Shown here: positions 39,701-51,047 of the stretch, one piece after another | Position numbering within the stretch: the stretch's first letter is position 1 | Layout: the number at the start of each line of letters is the position of its first letter | From: Curvularia clavata | Taxonomy: Eukaryota | Direction of reading: 5' to 3' | Assembly (NCBI GenBank): GCA_023920165.1 | Contig: CP089274.1 | Coordinates: forward strand, 2,790,001 to 2,854,000 | Length of the DNA: 64,000 bases | The notes under the pieces: generated by a model | Seen by the model: the letters and a program-made list of their open reading frames with translations, nothing else | Database searches by the model: none | Told to the model about the DNA's origin: nothing | Made by a program: the position numbers and the translations under genes

Positions 39701-41012
39701 TGCTGTCTATGTGGCTCAACAACAACGGCACCAACTTCTACCCTGACTTTACTTATAAGCTGGATGGGGATGTCACGTTGGAGAATCTTCAGGAGTCATG
39801 GCGGGCTTTGGTGACTGTTAGTCCCATTTTGAGGACTTGCTTCGCTTCTGCTGGCGAGCATCGAGTGTCCTATATTCAAATTGTGCTGCGAGACACGGAC
39901 ACGGCCATCGTGGACGTCACTGGGTGTGGAGAAGATGAGACTCAAACCCGTATTCGACAAGCTGCATCCCGCCAACCATGGGCGAAGCTATTTGTCTCCC
40001 AGCACCCGAGCGGCTGGAACTTGAGACTCAAAATACACCATGCACTCTACGATGGCGTCAGTCTACCGCTGCTCATGCAGCAATTACAGCAGCTCTGCAA
40101 CGGCAATGGACCTCTCCTCCCACAGGATGACATCGTCGCCAAGCTCGTAGCCACCGCATATTCTCCATCCGCATGCCAGCAGCGCCGCCATTTCTGGGAG
40201 ACCTATTTCGGTCACTCGGCCACGAGTTCCGCACATTCACAGCTCTCAACCCCACCCAGCGCGCGCATAGAAATCTTCCGACAAGGACTCACCCCATCTC
40301 TCCTCTTGGACACAGCAGCCCGCCATCACGGCGTCTCCCCGCACGCCCTCTTCCTTGCCGCATACGCCCAAGCATCCTGCTCCACCTCTACCGATGTCCT
40401 CATCTTAGGTATCTATCTCGCCAACCGAGCCCTTCCCCACGCAAGCATCGCCTCCGCACCTACACCCACACTCAACTTACTCCCGCTACGCATCACCTCA
40501 CCACACCATCGCAGCACCATTGACCTCGCGGTCAGCATCCAGCGCGACATCCAGGCCCTTAGCGCGCCAGCTATTGCATGTTCGAGCCTACTTGAGATAC
40601 AGCAGTGGACGGGGGTAAAAGTAGATATTTTTGTCAACTTTTTGGTCGATGTGCCGGAATCCGATTCTGCCCGTGGAGGTGACTTGTCAGCGGTAGTCAG
40701 GAGTATACAGCCTGTGATGCAGGATAGTCAGCTTTCGAGCAGTCGTGTCAAGGAAATACACTCCGAAGAAAGTGTACCGCAGGAGTTGGTAAATCAGGAT
40801 GTGAACGCAGTGTTTTTAGTATGTTTTTTTCCCCAATCTTCTCTTTATATCAATGAACATGACTAACAAGATTGCAGCATGCGATTGATGTCGAGGCAAC
40901 TATAAGAGAGGGTGCTTTGGATGTAGGTGTTTTTGCACCAGTGGAGAAGATGAATTTGGAGGAGGGCGAGGCGCTGGTTGAGGGATTGAGGGGGGTGCTC
41001 GAGGCTTTGTGA
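24747..41012 (+). CDS. NPS2: Ferrichrome-type (probably ferricrocin) siderophore non-ribosomal peptide synthetase, A-T-C-A-T-C-A-T-C-A-T-C-T-C-T-C, ~5,385 aa
   Basis: Four A domains (YTSGSTGLPK, FTSGSTGTPK x2, YTSGTTGTPK, each with YGP(T/S)E and a Y(R/K)(T/S)GD-type motif). Six PCP motifs (GIDSL, GLDSV, GLDSI, GMDSI, GLDSI, GLDSI). Six C motifs (HHALYDG, HHALYDG, LHALFDA, FHGLYDG, AHALYDG, HHALYDG). Introns 25437-25485 and 40819-40877. Adjacent to the ornithine oxygenase gene. Confidence 0.95.
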
Positions 41013-41646
41013 TGCTGAAATCTTTCTTTTTCCTAGTTATAATGTCTCTTTAGGGTTTCTCAGGATTTGGCTTTAGAATTGTAATGAATCATTTTTTAGA
41101 CACTATCTCAAAATGTTTTCTCATTGAGAAACTTTTCTCTTCCCTAGTATATCCACGTTTTGTTATGTCAAACTCCCGCAGCTTGAACGAGCATATCTAG
41201 ACAATGATCAAGTTTTAAACGGCAGGAAATAATATGTTTCTAAGAAAATACACTCACTTGGGGATTATAGTGAGGAAGCTCCAACACGAGTCACTACTTT
41301 ACAAGACGTGTCACATTCAAGATCATGTTTCGAGTTCATGTAGACGTATGTGAAAAATCATATTCCTAGATTATATGCAAAGTGGAAGGGCTGTCTTTAA
41401 GAGAGCTGCAGTGAAACAAGCCAGGTAGCTGTTTCTCTGAATCAAGTTTTGATGTACCCAATTGATTACTCCTCTGGGCGCAGTCTCTTATTGATGATTG
41501 TTTTTACTTAAAATAAAAATAAAAGTTCATAGCGATAACACAAAGCAAACCAAGCGCAGGAAATGAAACAAAACAGGAAATTATACTCGGAAGAACTACG
41601 ATGCGGTCGTGAAGTATTGTTGAGACACCAGATAGAGGCGCGCTCT

Positions 41647-43011
41647 TTAAGCCGTGCCGTTGTAGGAAGTGTTGATGTTTCGGAGTCTGGTTGTAAGTTT
41701 CTCCACGGTTTTCTTGTGGCAACCATTCTCGACTGGCACACCATCGAAACGGTCCTTGATCCACTTCATCTCATCAACCAATGCTGCGTTGTTTGTAACG
41801 TCGTGGTTGGAGTCCGGGTACAGCAAGAGGGTAGCCTTTGAGTCTGGGAAAGACGAGCAAGTCTGGTTGAAGTCCCATTCGGTGTTGTTGGCGTAGGTAA
41901 GAATATCAGCAAGACCTTGGACAACGAGCATCGGTGCAGCGAGGGCATGTGGTCCGGCGCCGTTGAAACGCTTCTGCCAGTCGACGACTACGGGGAGCTT
42001 GAGCCAGTCGAGGCTCTTGAAGAGCTGTGCGCTGGTAAGACCTGCGAAGAGAGTTCGGCCTGCTAAGATACAGCCTTGGTTGACAAGAGGGATTCGGCCG
42101 AGCGCAAGGGGTGTAAGGTAATCCTCGATACGAAATTCCTTGGGGAAGAGACCAGCAAGGGACTGCAGGAAGAAGACAGATACTGCATCGCCAATAGGTC
42201 CGCCATTTGCTCTTCGGATGGACTCAGGGATCAAGTCGAGTGGACGAAGCGCGGGGGAGTTTGCGACTGAGCCCAGAAAATTGCCTGCCTTGTTTAGTTC
42301 CTCCTGGTTGGGCATTGCAAGTCGCTCATTGGTCCTCCATGCAGTCATACCACCCTCGCTATGGCCAATGACGACGTAATCGTTGGAGAGAAGATTTCCC
42401 ATAACCTTGCGAGCAGCAACCAGGCTGTAAGCGACGTCCGCGGCGTGAAGAAAGCCTGCCTCGTACATGAATCCTTGGGGAATATCAGATCCCTGGCCAG
42501 CGTAATCTGGCGCAACAACGGCATATCCAGCCTGAGCCAGAGCATAGGGTCCCTGCCATTCGTAGTAGAGATCCTTATGATTGGAAGGCGCACAGTTTCG
42601 GGTCCATCCTGCAGTCCCGTGTGCCCACACGATAGTGTTCAATGGCTTGCTTGGGTCAGGCCTGCTGTAAGGCAAGAGCACAAAACCGCTTGCAGGGATA
42701 GCCTTTCGGTCGATATCCTCAGTCATATAGAGGAAACGGGAAAGGGACATTCCAGAAGGTATGGTCCAGTTATTGGTATTTACTACAGACTGAGGAAAGT
42801 CCTCCCATCGCAACACGTCACCAGGTTTGGCACCAGTGGCGTTGGCGGGTGTGTTGTAGAACGCTTCCGCGGATATGTTCTTTGAGACCCAGCTGCCAGT
42901 CTCAGTCGCGAGAGCTGGTCGCACGGCTGCTTGACAGGTAGCATCGCAAGCTTGCTGGGCATGGCTGAGAGCGACCTGAAGGCCGATAATGGATAAGGTA
43001 CAGGCTTTCAT
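41647..43011 (-). CDS. Secreted alpha/beta-hydrolase, secretory lipase (LIP) family, ~454 aa, intronless
   Basis: Signal peptide MKACTLSIIGLQVALSHA, then WAHGTAG, CAPS, VAPDYAG, nucleophile elbow GHSEGG, VVQGLAD (Asp) and NHD (His). Confidence 0.8.
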   Translation of the reverse strand: MKACTLSIIGLQVALSHAQQACDATCQAAVRPALATETGSWVSKNISAEAFYNTPANATGAKPGDVLRWEDFPQSVVNTNNWTIPSGMSLSRFLYMTEDIDRKAIPASGFVLLPYSRPDPSKPLNTIVWAHGTAGWTRNCAPSNHKDLYYEWQGPYALAQAGYAVVAPDYAGQGSDIPQGFMYEAGFLHAADVAYSLVAARKVMGNLLSNDYVVIGHSEGGMTAWRTNERLAMPNQEELNKAGNFLGSVANSPALRPLDLIPESIRRANGGPIGDAVSVFFLQSLAGLFPKEFRIEDYLTPLALGRIPLVNQGCILAGRTLFAGLTSAQLFKSLDWLKLPVVVDWQKRFNGAGPHALAAPMLVVQGLADILTYANNTEWDFNQTCSSFPDSKATLLLYPDSNHDVTNNAALVDEMKWIKDRFDGVPVENGCHKKTVEKLTTRLRNINTSYNGTA

Positions 43012-44081
43012 GATGGTAGATACAAAGGGAAAAGTGAATGTTGTGTTGGTGTTCCGTAACACTTCAGCGATGAGGAATACACAGGACAGACTGAAGATGG
43101 CGAGTTGATGTGTTGATGTATGATTTAGAATCTGTTGGGTTCTATCATTTATATATCCCACTGACCCTCCTCCCAATATTGTTTTTGATTCTGGCCTTGC
43201 GCAGAAGGCTCTGCCGACTCTCCAGGCCGTACAGATTGTTACACAGAATGACTAGTTCGAAGAGACCGTATAGACCACCCCGACCTTGACGTACAAGGTA
43301 GGCTGACTACTGAGGTGGCTGTATCCCTACTCTGCACAATATCATGCGTATAATCTTATGGCTCTTAGCCGCAACGCGTATACCTTCTATGTACGGCTAG
43401 TGCATTCAGTCATGAATACGATGTATACGACAGGATCAGCCTTGTCCAATGCCTTTGAAACTTCGGTGACAAGCAGCCATGACCACAGCCATAGAAGACC
43501 TCGAAAAAAGATCTCCTACACACGGATAGAAAATACCAACTTTGCGCATCTTGTACGCACGCTAGGGGTCAGTTTAATAACGTATTGTCAGACAAAATTA
43601 CAAAAGAGGCAATCAAAAGACACGACTTGCGTCGGCATACGAGCTCACCCATCGGCCCGACTATCTCTTGGCCTCTTTATAATACTCTAGTAAGCTGTTA
43701 TAGAGCCTACTCTATAAGTGTGTATATACGCGGTTAGTCTAAGCTTAGGAACCTGGCAGATACACCGCTAAACCCTTTAACATACTCTTGTCTTCGTTTT
43801 GATCACGCAGAATTGCTACGGCTTCAACTTTCGTGACTGAACATGGATGTGATTTCAAAGACATTATCAATGCAGCTTTTTACCGAAAAGAAAAGCGCCC
43901 ACTACTGTCGCCGGCATCATCATTAATTATTCAAAGTAGCTATACACGGGTATATCTCATTATTATTAAGTTAATACATTCCGCCAATGGCCGTGCCAGG
44001 TCAGTTGCATCATATGCCACTAGCTCTCTGAAGATTACTCCCCCTCTTCAACATCGACTCAAACTTAAGCCATGACGACCT

Positions 44082-45378
44082 CTAAACCATGTGCTCTCCT
44101 CGGTGGCCAGTTCCGACAGGCTTCCTGGACACGTGGGAACCAGCAGGACCCTCCGCCTGTGGCATCATGGAGCCCCTAGGACCATCAGCAGCATCAAAAG
44201 GCGCACCGCCCCAGCTGCCTCCTTCATGGGTACCCCAGCCAGCCTTACGCGTAAAGACAGCATCATGGAAGCCGTCAAAGGAGCTGGGACCGGCGCCGTA
44301 AATGAAGGGAGCGTGGCGCAGGAGGGGGATGTGGTTGAAGCGGAAGTCCCAAATGGAGGCGTAGGTCATGCGGTAAGCACTGAATGCCATCATGGTACCG
44401 ATTACTGCACCAGCAAGAATGTCGTACTGATTTCTGTTGTTAGTATTATATATTTCCAACAAGATAAAACAGTACTTACCCAGTTGTGGTATTCGTCAAT
44501 GGTAAGCGCGCCGCCAATGAGACAGGCACCAAGGATGGGAGCGTACAAGGCAATGATCTTCCACATTGCGGGATGATAATTCGCGAAGACCTTGAGCTTT
44601 GCGTTGAGGTACAGATAGAGGAAGACGAAACCAGCAAAGGCAGCGGTCGTGTGGCCGGAGGGCATAGACTCGAGACTGTCATTGATCTCATTTCGGTCGC
44701 CGGTACAGATACTCCTGTCGAACATGATTTGCCTGTAACCATTGGCAACGTTGCCATAGGCGCTGCCTGCCTCGACACCGTTGTCTGTGTTGCCAACGCT
44801 AGCGAGAAGGTTGGCGGGGATGACGGGCTTGCAGACAGCGAGAAAGTGAGGGCGAAGTCCACCAATGAGCCACTTGATAAAGACTTGGAATACCGCAGCG
44901 GTGATGAGAGAGTAGAGCAAGCCAATGGTGGCGTTGTTGATATCCCAGAAGCTGCGGGCGCGGATCTGAACAATCAGGAAGACAGCAAAAGGAATGAAAA
45001 AGGCCATGAGAGCGGCAGCCCAGATGGGGACGATTTCATTGCGCAGGGGATAGGCGAACTGGGGATAGACAATCTCACCATCCTGGAAGATGACTGGAGT
45101 ATGTTAGGGTGTGATGGTTTGCACACTGGGCAGGAAGACGAACCGGGAAAGCTGCGGCTGGGAGCTGGGTCAGCCATGTATACACCGAGACCAACGGCGC
45201 CCATAGCAGCCATGGTCACGATATCGAGCCAAGTCGCCTTGAGCCATTGTCCAAAGCTTGGCCTGGTGTTGTACGACGACGGGTGAGATGTGGAGTGACG
45301 CCTTGGTCTCTTCTCCCTGTGGGTACCAGTTGCAGCCGCATTGTCTGCCGTCGTGTTGCGCTTGTTGAAGAAGCCCAT
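44082..45378 (-). CDS. PAP2-superfamily membrane lipid phosphate phosphatase-like protein (DPP1/LPP1-like)
   Basis: Motif 1 KWLIGGLRP, motif 2 PSGH and a variant motif 3 GALTIDEYHNWYD, with several TM helices. Introns 45094-45143 and 44427-44479. Confidence 0.88.
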
Positions 45379-46487
45379 GGTGATGGTGTTGGTTCTGGTT
45401 GTTTGGTGAGGCAAGTATACCGAGTTGTGAATGACGTATTGGCACCCAGGCAGCTCGCAGGAGCCAGCGAGTAGAGTGGAGGGAAGAGAGGATCGAGAGA
45501 GTGATGCTGGACAAGAGCAGACCAAACACACGGTGGTGTGTCCCTTATACTGCAGCAAACCCCCTCAGCGTTTGAAGTTTGCAATGAGAATCGTCATTCG
45601 ACATCATCCTTGTCGCACAGACAATCCCATCGTGTCGGGTCGAAGCAGAAAACCTGCTTTGCACAAAGGTTTTGCTGTCTCTGCGGTTCAGCAGCAAGCA
45701 CATTGATTAAGTGGTGGTCGATCATATCCCCAGCAGGCAATTTGTGGAGGGAACATGGAAAGTTGGCAAAAGCTTGGTTGTGAAGGAGGAAGCTTGGCCT
45801 CTTCGTGTGTGGCTTCTGTGTGGCTGACCAGGCGTGCAATGATGGCATGTGTGGCTCTCGTGTGCCGTTTAGCCACTCAAGTTTCAAATCGTGCTGACAT
45901 GAGGACATTGTGACGTCAGGCGGCGCATGTCACGTGGGCTAACATGGGAATTCGAAAACGCGTAAGGCCGACGAGGGTGAAGAAAACGAGAATAGATAGC
46001 CTGATTTGTTTTGAACTGCATGAGTATAAATAGTATTCGTATGCACAACGGAGAGAACATAGAGCCCTGCCTAATCCCACGTATTCTCTCCTAGGACCGG
46101 TGAAACTAGAAAACAGCAACCTACAAAACCACTAACTACTTTGAAAGTGGCTATGATTGTTATAATCACTTGTTATTTATTGTATTTAGTACTTACGAAG
46201 CTACTCTTGAAAGTGGCGATAGTAGTCATAGTGTCTTTTACTATATTGACAACGCACGTGGGCTTGTTCTGTTTTACTGGTTTCACTAGTTACGGGAGAC
46301 ATAGGACATTACAATATCAAAACGTGGTTTCTTATTCACATAATTATCGACCAACACAGTCTATTGCAAATAACACCAAAACATAGCAAGACCAAGTAAT
46401 CTAGTCCAAAAGAAGATAAAACGCGTTCAATGGGTATCATCCTCTCTCTCTCGTCTCTCCCATCTCTCTGTCTGACACAAACAACCT

Positions 46488-47056
46488 CTAAGAATGAATA
46501 TGCACCTCAGTGCTGCCACTGCGGTGCCACGTCGCGAGCAGGACGCCACAGCGACCACACTTGTGCTGCACATCCTTCATCGAGCTCATGACGTACGGGA
46601 TGCAGCCGAGACAGCACAAGCAGCACAAGCCAAACGCCCAGGCATGTGTGGTGTTGCCAGTCACGAACGATGTATTGGTAAGGGCGCGCTGGCCGCACGC
46701 GGGGCAGTCGGCGGGCGCGGGGCCCCGCTGGAGGTTGGCAATGGGCGTTGCGCTCTGGTACTGCTGGCCGGGCATCTGCTGTGGCGGCATGCCTGGAGCA
46801 CCCGCGGCTTGGTGGTCGGGCTGTATGTGTGGCTGTGGCTGTGGCTGCATGTACTGCTGCGGCTGGCCGTCGGCGGCGTACATGGGCGGTTGAGGCTGGC
46901 CGGTGGCTTCTGGCGATTGGGGATACGCCTGCATGGGAACTGCATGGCCGTTAGCTGCTGTATGGACGTTGTTGCACCACACAGTGCTGTAGACGGATTG
47001 TTACAGCGCATGCAATTATGCAAAGGACGTGACTACTTACCACCTTGCTTCTCCAT
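46488..47056 (-). CDS. LITAF-like zinc-ribbon domain protein
   Basis: Short exon MEKQG, intron 46940-47040, P/Q-rich N-terminus, then PAPADCPAC, a hydrophobic Cys-rich stretch and DVQHKCGRCG (CxxC ... HxCxxC LITAF signature). Confidence 0.87.
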
Positions 47057-47892
47057 TGCGTTAGTTTAATAAATAGAAGACGTCGAGCGAAGAACAGGTA
47101 GGTTTGGGGTTAACAGTAAATGTTCGCGACAGGACAATCGACAGTAGTAGTGCAGAGCACGTCAAGATCAAACGAGGGCAACATCCATTTTATAAAACAC
47201 CTTCAGGCGCACTGCCACGGCTCAAGGCCCAAGGTTTAACAGGAGGGGGCCTAAAGTCGCGTCTCCATTAGCACAGCCTCGATTCGTGCCTCGCTTTTCA
47301 TTCGCTAATTTCGCGCGCACCTTACCGAACCAGCCAATGGGCGAATTGTCCAAAAACTTGGGCACAAGTACCCCCGTGCTGCCTGCAGGGTCAGCGCCTC
47401 TAATGATTTCGTGGCTGAAGTTTTGCTCAAGTAGGGGCGATTATAGCGCACAGCAGGGTATAGCGAGGCCAAGGCTACCGCCGCAATTTCCAAACATGGT
47501 CTGATGTTAGTACCGGATATAGGGGTGGGGGCGAAGACCAAACACCAACCCGTTCACTGTTGAGGTTGATCCAGCTCGAAACTCGGGTAACGGCACTCAT
47601 GGCCTCGTATTCTCTTGGTATCTTGTCATATTTGCCCCAACACCAACTCGAACGATGATGGCATTCGACATTAAGTCAAAGGGCTGTGCCATTCACGCGA
47701 TCTGCGTCTGTGTACCTACTTGATGCTAGTGCAGGGCAGACTGCATGACCAGGTGTCAACCGTGGGTCTGTTCCTGTAGCCGTCTATTTGCATTCTCGAT
47801 ACCGCTCCTTAGCGCCCGCCAAAGCGCAACCAAAGGCGACAGTGTGGAGATGAAACCGGTGAGCTGGCAGGCTGATTCCGTCCCGCCCAACT

Positions 47893-49209
47893 TCAGTATC
47901 GCGTATCCATGTCGTCCAGATCAGCGTCGTCTTCTGACTCTTCCTCCACATCGTCCTTGGCATGCTGGATGGGGCCAAAATTACCCCCGTGGAGTAGCTT
48001 CTGTTGTTCGGGTGTCAGATCGACAATAGTAGGCGCATAGTCGCCAAGCTCGTCTTCTGCATCGGCGCCGTTGACTTCCATTTCCACGCGCTCGCCGTCC
48101 TCCAACTCCAACAGGCCGCGCTTAAGATATGAGCCTTCTGGCGGCCATCCAAACTCCTTCGCCATGTATTCCTGCAGCTCTTCAAGCTCATCGACTAGGT
48201 CGGCTTTCCACTTGCCGTCAAAGTCGTCGAGAGATTTCCGGAACTGGCCCAGAAGCGGTCGCAAGAACCCTCCCCCAGCGTCATTCATGTCGAACAGATC
48301 GCCCTCCATGTCTGCACAGTGACTGAGCTGTAGACGTAAACACTTCAGCAAGTCTAGAAAAAGGTGTGACCGCTCCTTAGCTGCGCGTCGGCAGGTAAGC
48401 AGCAGTCGTAACAGTCGCTTCCATTGCTCCAGACAAGAATTGTTATTGAGCGTTAGAACCATGAGAAAGACAAACTGCAGCTCGCCCAGGATTTCATTCT
48501 CCCGGCCGCGTTCATCTCCTGCTTGACAGTGTTTGCCAATGAGGTCGCCCAGGAACCACGATCGATCCTGCGCAGCTTCTGTCCGTTCCCGACCAGTCGC
48601 ACCCTCTCTCCATGTCCTTTTGAGGTCAATGGGTAAAAACCTCAGCTCCTTCTCCGGATGCAGCATGCTGTTACTTGTTTCCAGGCCTGGAATTTCATCC
48701 AGATCTTGGGACGCAGATGAAGCCGACGTCAAATTCCAGTGGTCGGGATTCAATCCACATATCCTTGACAGGATGGTGGGCGTAATGTGCGTGGTCAGCT
48801 TACTCCAGTCTGTCGATTCTTCGTTCCAATCCTCTTCCGCCCCCGAATCACTCTCCTGCACGGTTTGCCGATATGGCGTGAGACCATCTTTCCATATGCT
48901 TCCGAGGTTTGCCTTGTGCTTGAGAACTTCTGTCTGTGATGTTTCCGCCACCAGATCCTCTGTGCTTTCGTCCCATTTCTTGACAAAGACCTGTGGGGAC
49001 CCGACACCAGGCGTTACGTAGAACCATGCGCCATGCCTTACCGACATGGCGCGGTCAGTTGCAGCAAAGACAAAATGCAATCCAGGTGGCACATTTCTAA
49101 TACCCCGGAAGCGCGGCGATGATGTAAAGGATAGCAGGTCAATCCCGGCCAAGGCTTTTGGCGGGAGGTCCAACAAAAGGATGCAGTTGTTGATAGTCGA
49201 GGGGCCCAT
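47893..49209 (-). CDS. AAR2: AAR2-family U5 snRNP assembly factor
   Basis: GIDLLSF..PRFRGIRNVPPGLHFVF, RHGAWF, LTPY, ERTEAAQDRSWFL and ILGELQFVFL..NNSCLEQWK; acidic tail. Start taken at MGPSTINNC. Confidence 0.9.
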   Translation of the reverse strand: MGPSTINNCILLLDLPPKALAGIDLLSFTSSPRFRGIRNVPPGLHFVFAATDRAMSVRHGAWFYVTPGVGSPQVFVKKWDESTEDLVAETSQTEVLKHKANLGSIWKDGLTPYRQTVQESDSGAEEDWNEESTDWSKLTTHITPTILSRICGLNPDHWNLTSASSASQDLDEIPGLETSNSMLHPEKELRFLPIDLKRTWREGATGRERTEAAQDRSWFLGDLIGKHCQAGDERGRENEILGELQFVFLMVLTLNNNSCLEQWKRLLRLLLTCRRAAKERSHLFLDLLKCLRLQLSHCADMEGDLFDMNDAGGGFLRPLLGQFRKSLDDFDGKWKADLVDELEELQEYMAKEFGWPPEGSYLKRGLLELEDGERVEMEVNGADAEDELGDYAPTIVDLTPEQQKLLHGGNFGPIQHAKDDVEEESEDDADLDDMDTRY

Positions 49210-49962
49210 GCTGGGGCGGAACAGCTCGTCAAACCACGAGTGGCGAAGGATCTTGAGGATAGGCTGGTCGCAGAGCTCTACGTGAGCTGGGGAGAACTGG
49301 GTAATCATGTGATCTAGGCAGGGTCCAACAAGCAGAAAATAGTGAAAAACACGTGATAACAGCGCCTAAACCAGGGTCCAGTCGAATCTTCTTTGCACAT
49401 GGACGTGATGAAGACAAAAGAGAACGCAACGCACGCGGAAGACGACGAAGATCAAGGCCATTGCCTGCAGCACATCTGGAGCAGTGCCTAGACGCACACA
49501 CAGGCCTGCCATCGAGTAGCGCTCCAACACTTCTGGGACTTGATGCGACCGATGTCTGACCGACACCATACGCCATACGTCATGCAAGTCGTATAGCGTC
49601 TGGCTGGGCCTTCTCTGCTTCCGGATCGGATAACGGCATCACAATCTCGCTCACCGTCCTGTTCGTGCCGTCGACACTTCATCTCGCTGCGCCGTAGCCT
49701 GCGACGCACGCCAGCTGCACGCCTTGTCGACATGCGCAGTGTCGATCGATATTTGCTCTAGCTTCTGCCCCACCCGAGCTCCGATACGAGACGTTGAGCA
49801 ACGACACCAGCACAGCGGCAACACGTATCTTCGTTTACCGTTGAGAGCTACCGTTCCTACACTGTCGGCTATTCCACTGGCGATCATAGGGCCCCGGCCA
49901 TTCCACAAAATTGCGCCTTGATGTCATTCTAGGACCCGCTATTCCTCTCCACCCTCGCACTG

Positions 49963-49999
49963 ATACATACACATACACACACACACACACACATACACA
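49963..49999. repeat. (AC)n/(ACAT) microsatellite just upstream of SNF8
   Basis: atacatacacatacacacacacacacacacatacaca. Confidence 0.8.
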
Positions 50000-50030
50000 A
50001 CGTACAACAGCGTGGTACCACCCACCAGCC

Positions 50031-50852
50031 ATGGACCGACGACGTACCCCAGGCCTGTCGTCCCTCTCCTCACGCGGCCTGCAGAATCACCACTATACAT
50101 CCCATGGTGCCACGCTACGCACCCGCAACGCTGACTCGCTCTCCACCCAGCTCTCCGTCTTCCAATCGCTGCTGCACAACTTCGCCATCACTCACTCCAA
50201 AGATATTCGCGCAAACCCCGCTTTCCGTGCAGAGTTCGCCCGCATGTGCTCAGCCCTCAACATTGATTTCCTCGCCTCCTCGTACCACAAAGATACATCC
50301 TCCTCGTCTTCCACCACCAGCTCCACCACCAACGGTGAAAGCATCTGGACGCAGCTGCTCGGCAACAACCTCAACGACTTCTACTTTAACCTCGGCGTCC
50401 AAATCGTCGAAGAGTGCCGTGCCACACGGGCCGAAAACGGCGGCCTCATCTCCTTCTCCGACCTACAAGCCCGTCTCTCTAAGTCCTCACGCATAGGCGG
50501 CAGCGTTTCCGTCTCCGATGACGACATCAAACGCGCCGTTGAGGCCCTCGCACCCCTCGGCTCTTGCTTTTCAATCCTCAAAATCGGTCATCGTAGTCTG
50601 ATTCGCAGTGTCCCCAAGGAACTCAATGTTGATCAGAGCACTGTTCTCGAGGCGATACAGTTACTAGGTTACGTCACGCTGTCTATGCTGCAGGTCAATT
50701 TGAACTGGGAGCGACCCCGGGCACATGCCGTTATCGAGGATTTGATGGCGGATAGTCTGGTGTGGGTGGATACACAGGCAGGCGAGAATGAGTATTGGAG
50801 TCCGGCGTTTTTGACCATGGCAGGGAGCAACGCGTCTGGAACTGGTGCCTGA
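50031..50852 (+). CDS. SNF8: ESCRT-II subunit Vps22/Snf8 (EAP30 family)
   Basis: LSTQLSVFQSLLHNFA..H..DIRANPAFRAEFARMC, DFYFNLGVQIVEEC..TR.ENGGLI, IRSVPKELNVDQSTVLE and LVWVDTQ..ENEYW. Confidence 0.94.
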   Translation: MDRRRTPGLSSLSSRGLQNHHYTSHGATLRTRNADSLSTQLSVFQSLLHNFAITHSKDIRANPAFRAEFARMCSALNIDFLASSYHKDTSSSSSTTSSTTNGESIWTQLLGNNLNDFYFNLGVQIVEECRATRAENGGLISFSDLQARLSKSSRIGGSVSVSDDDIKRAVEALAPLGSCFSILKIGHRSLIRSVPKELNVDQSTVLEAIQLLGYVTLSMLQVNLNWERPRAHAVIEDLMADSLVWVDTQAGENEYWSPAFLTMAGSNASGTGA

Positions 50853-51047
50853 GAAATCAGGATGGGAAAAGAGAAAACGAGCGAGTGCCCATATTGTATA
50901 GAGTAATGATACCCGGCCTAACAGTCACCATCACGACAGTATATAGAGATGAATTTCACGATAAACTTCTATTGTTGTAAGCGTTCAGTCAATACACATC
51001 ATACAAAGTACATGGTACAAATACATTTCTATGTCTCCATCTTCCCT

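Noticed and set aside
25540..40866. The 5,108-aa ORF as the complete NRPS
   Set aside because: It begins inside A1 at a non-ATG codon and runs into an intron. The true gene includes exon 24747-25436 and exon 40878-41012.
43012..43176. N-terminal extension of the lipase ORF to 509 aa
   Set aside because: Starts at a non-ATG codon and covers a TATA-like element (TATATAAA); the signal peptide begins at ATG 43011.
46940..47040. Possible micro-exon or stwintron inside the LITAF intron (internal TACAG followed by GTGTGG)
   Set aside because: The internal branch point is non-canonical and a 4-nt exon would break the frame; the single 101-nt intron gives a clean frame.
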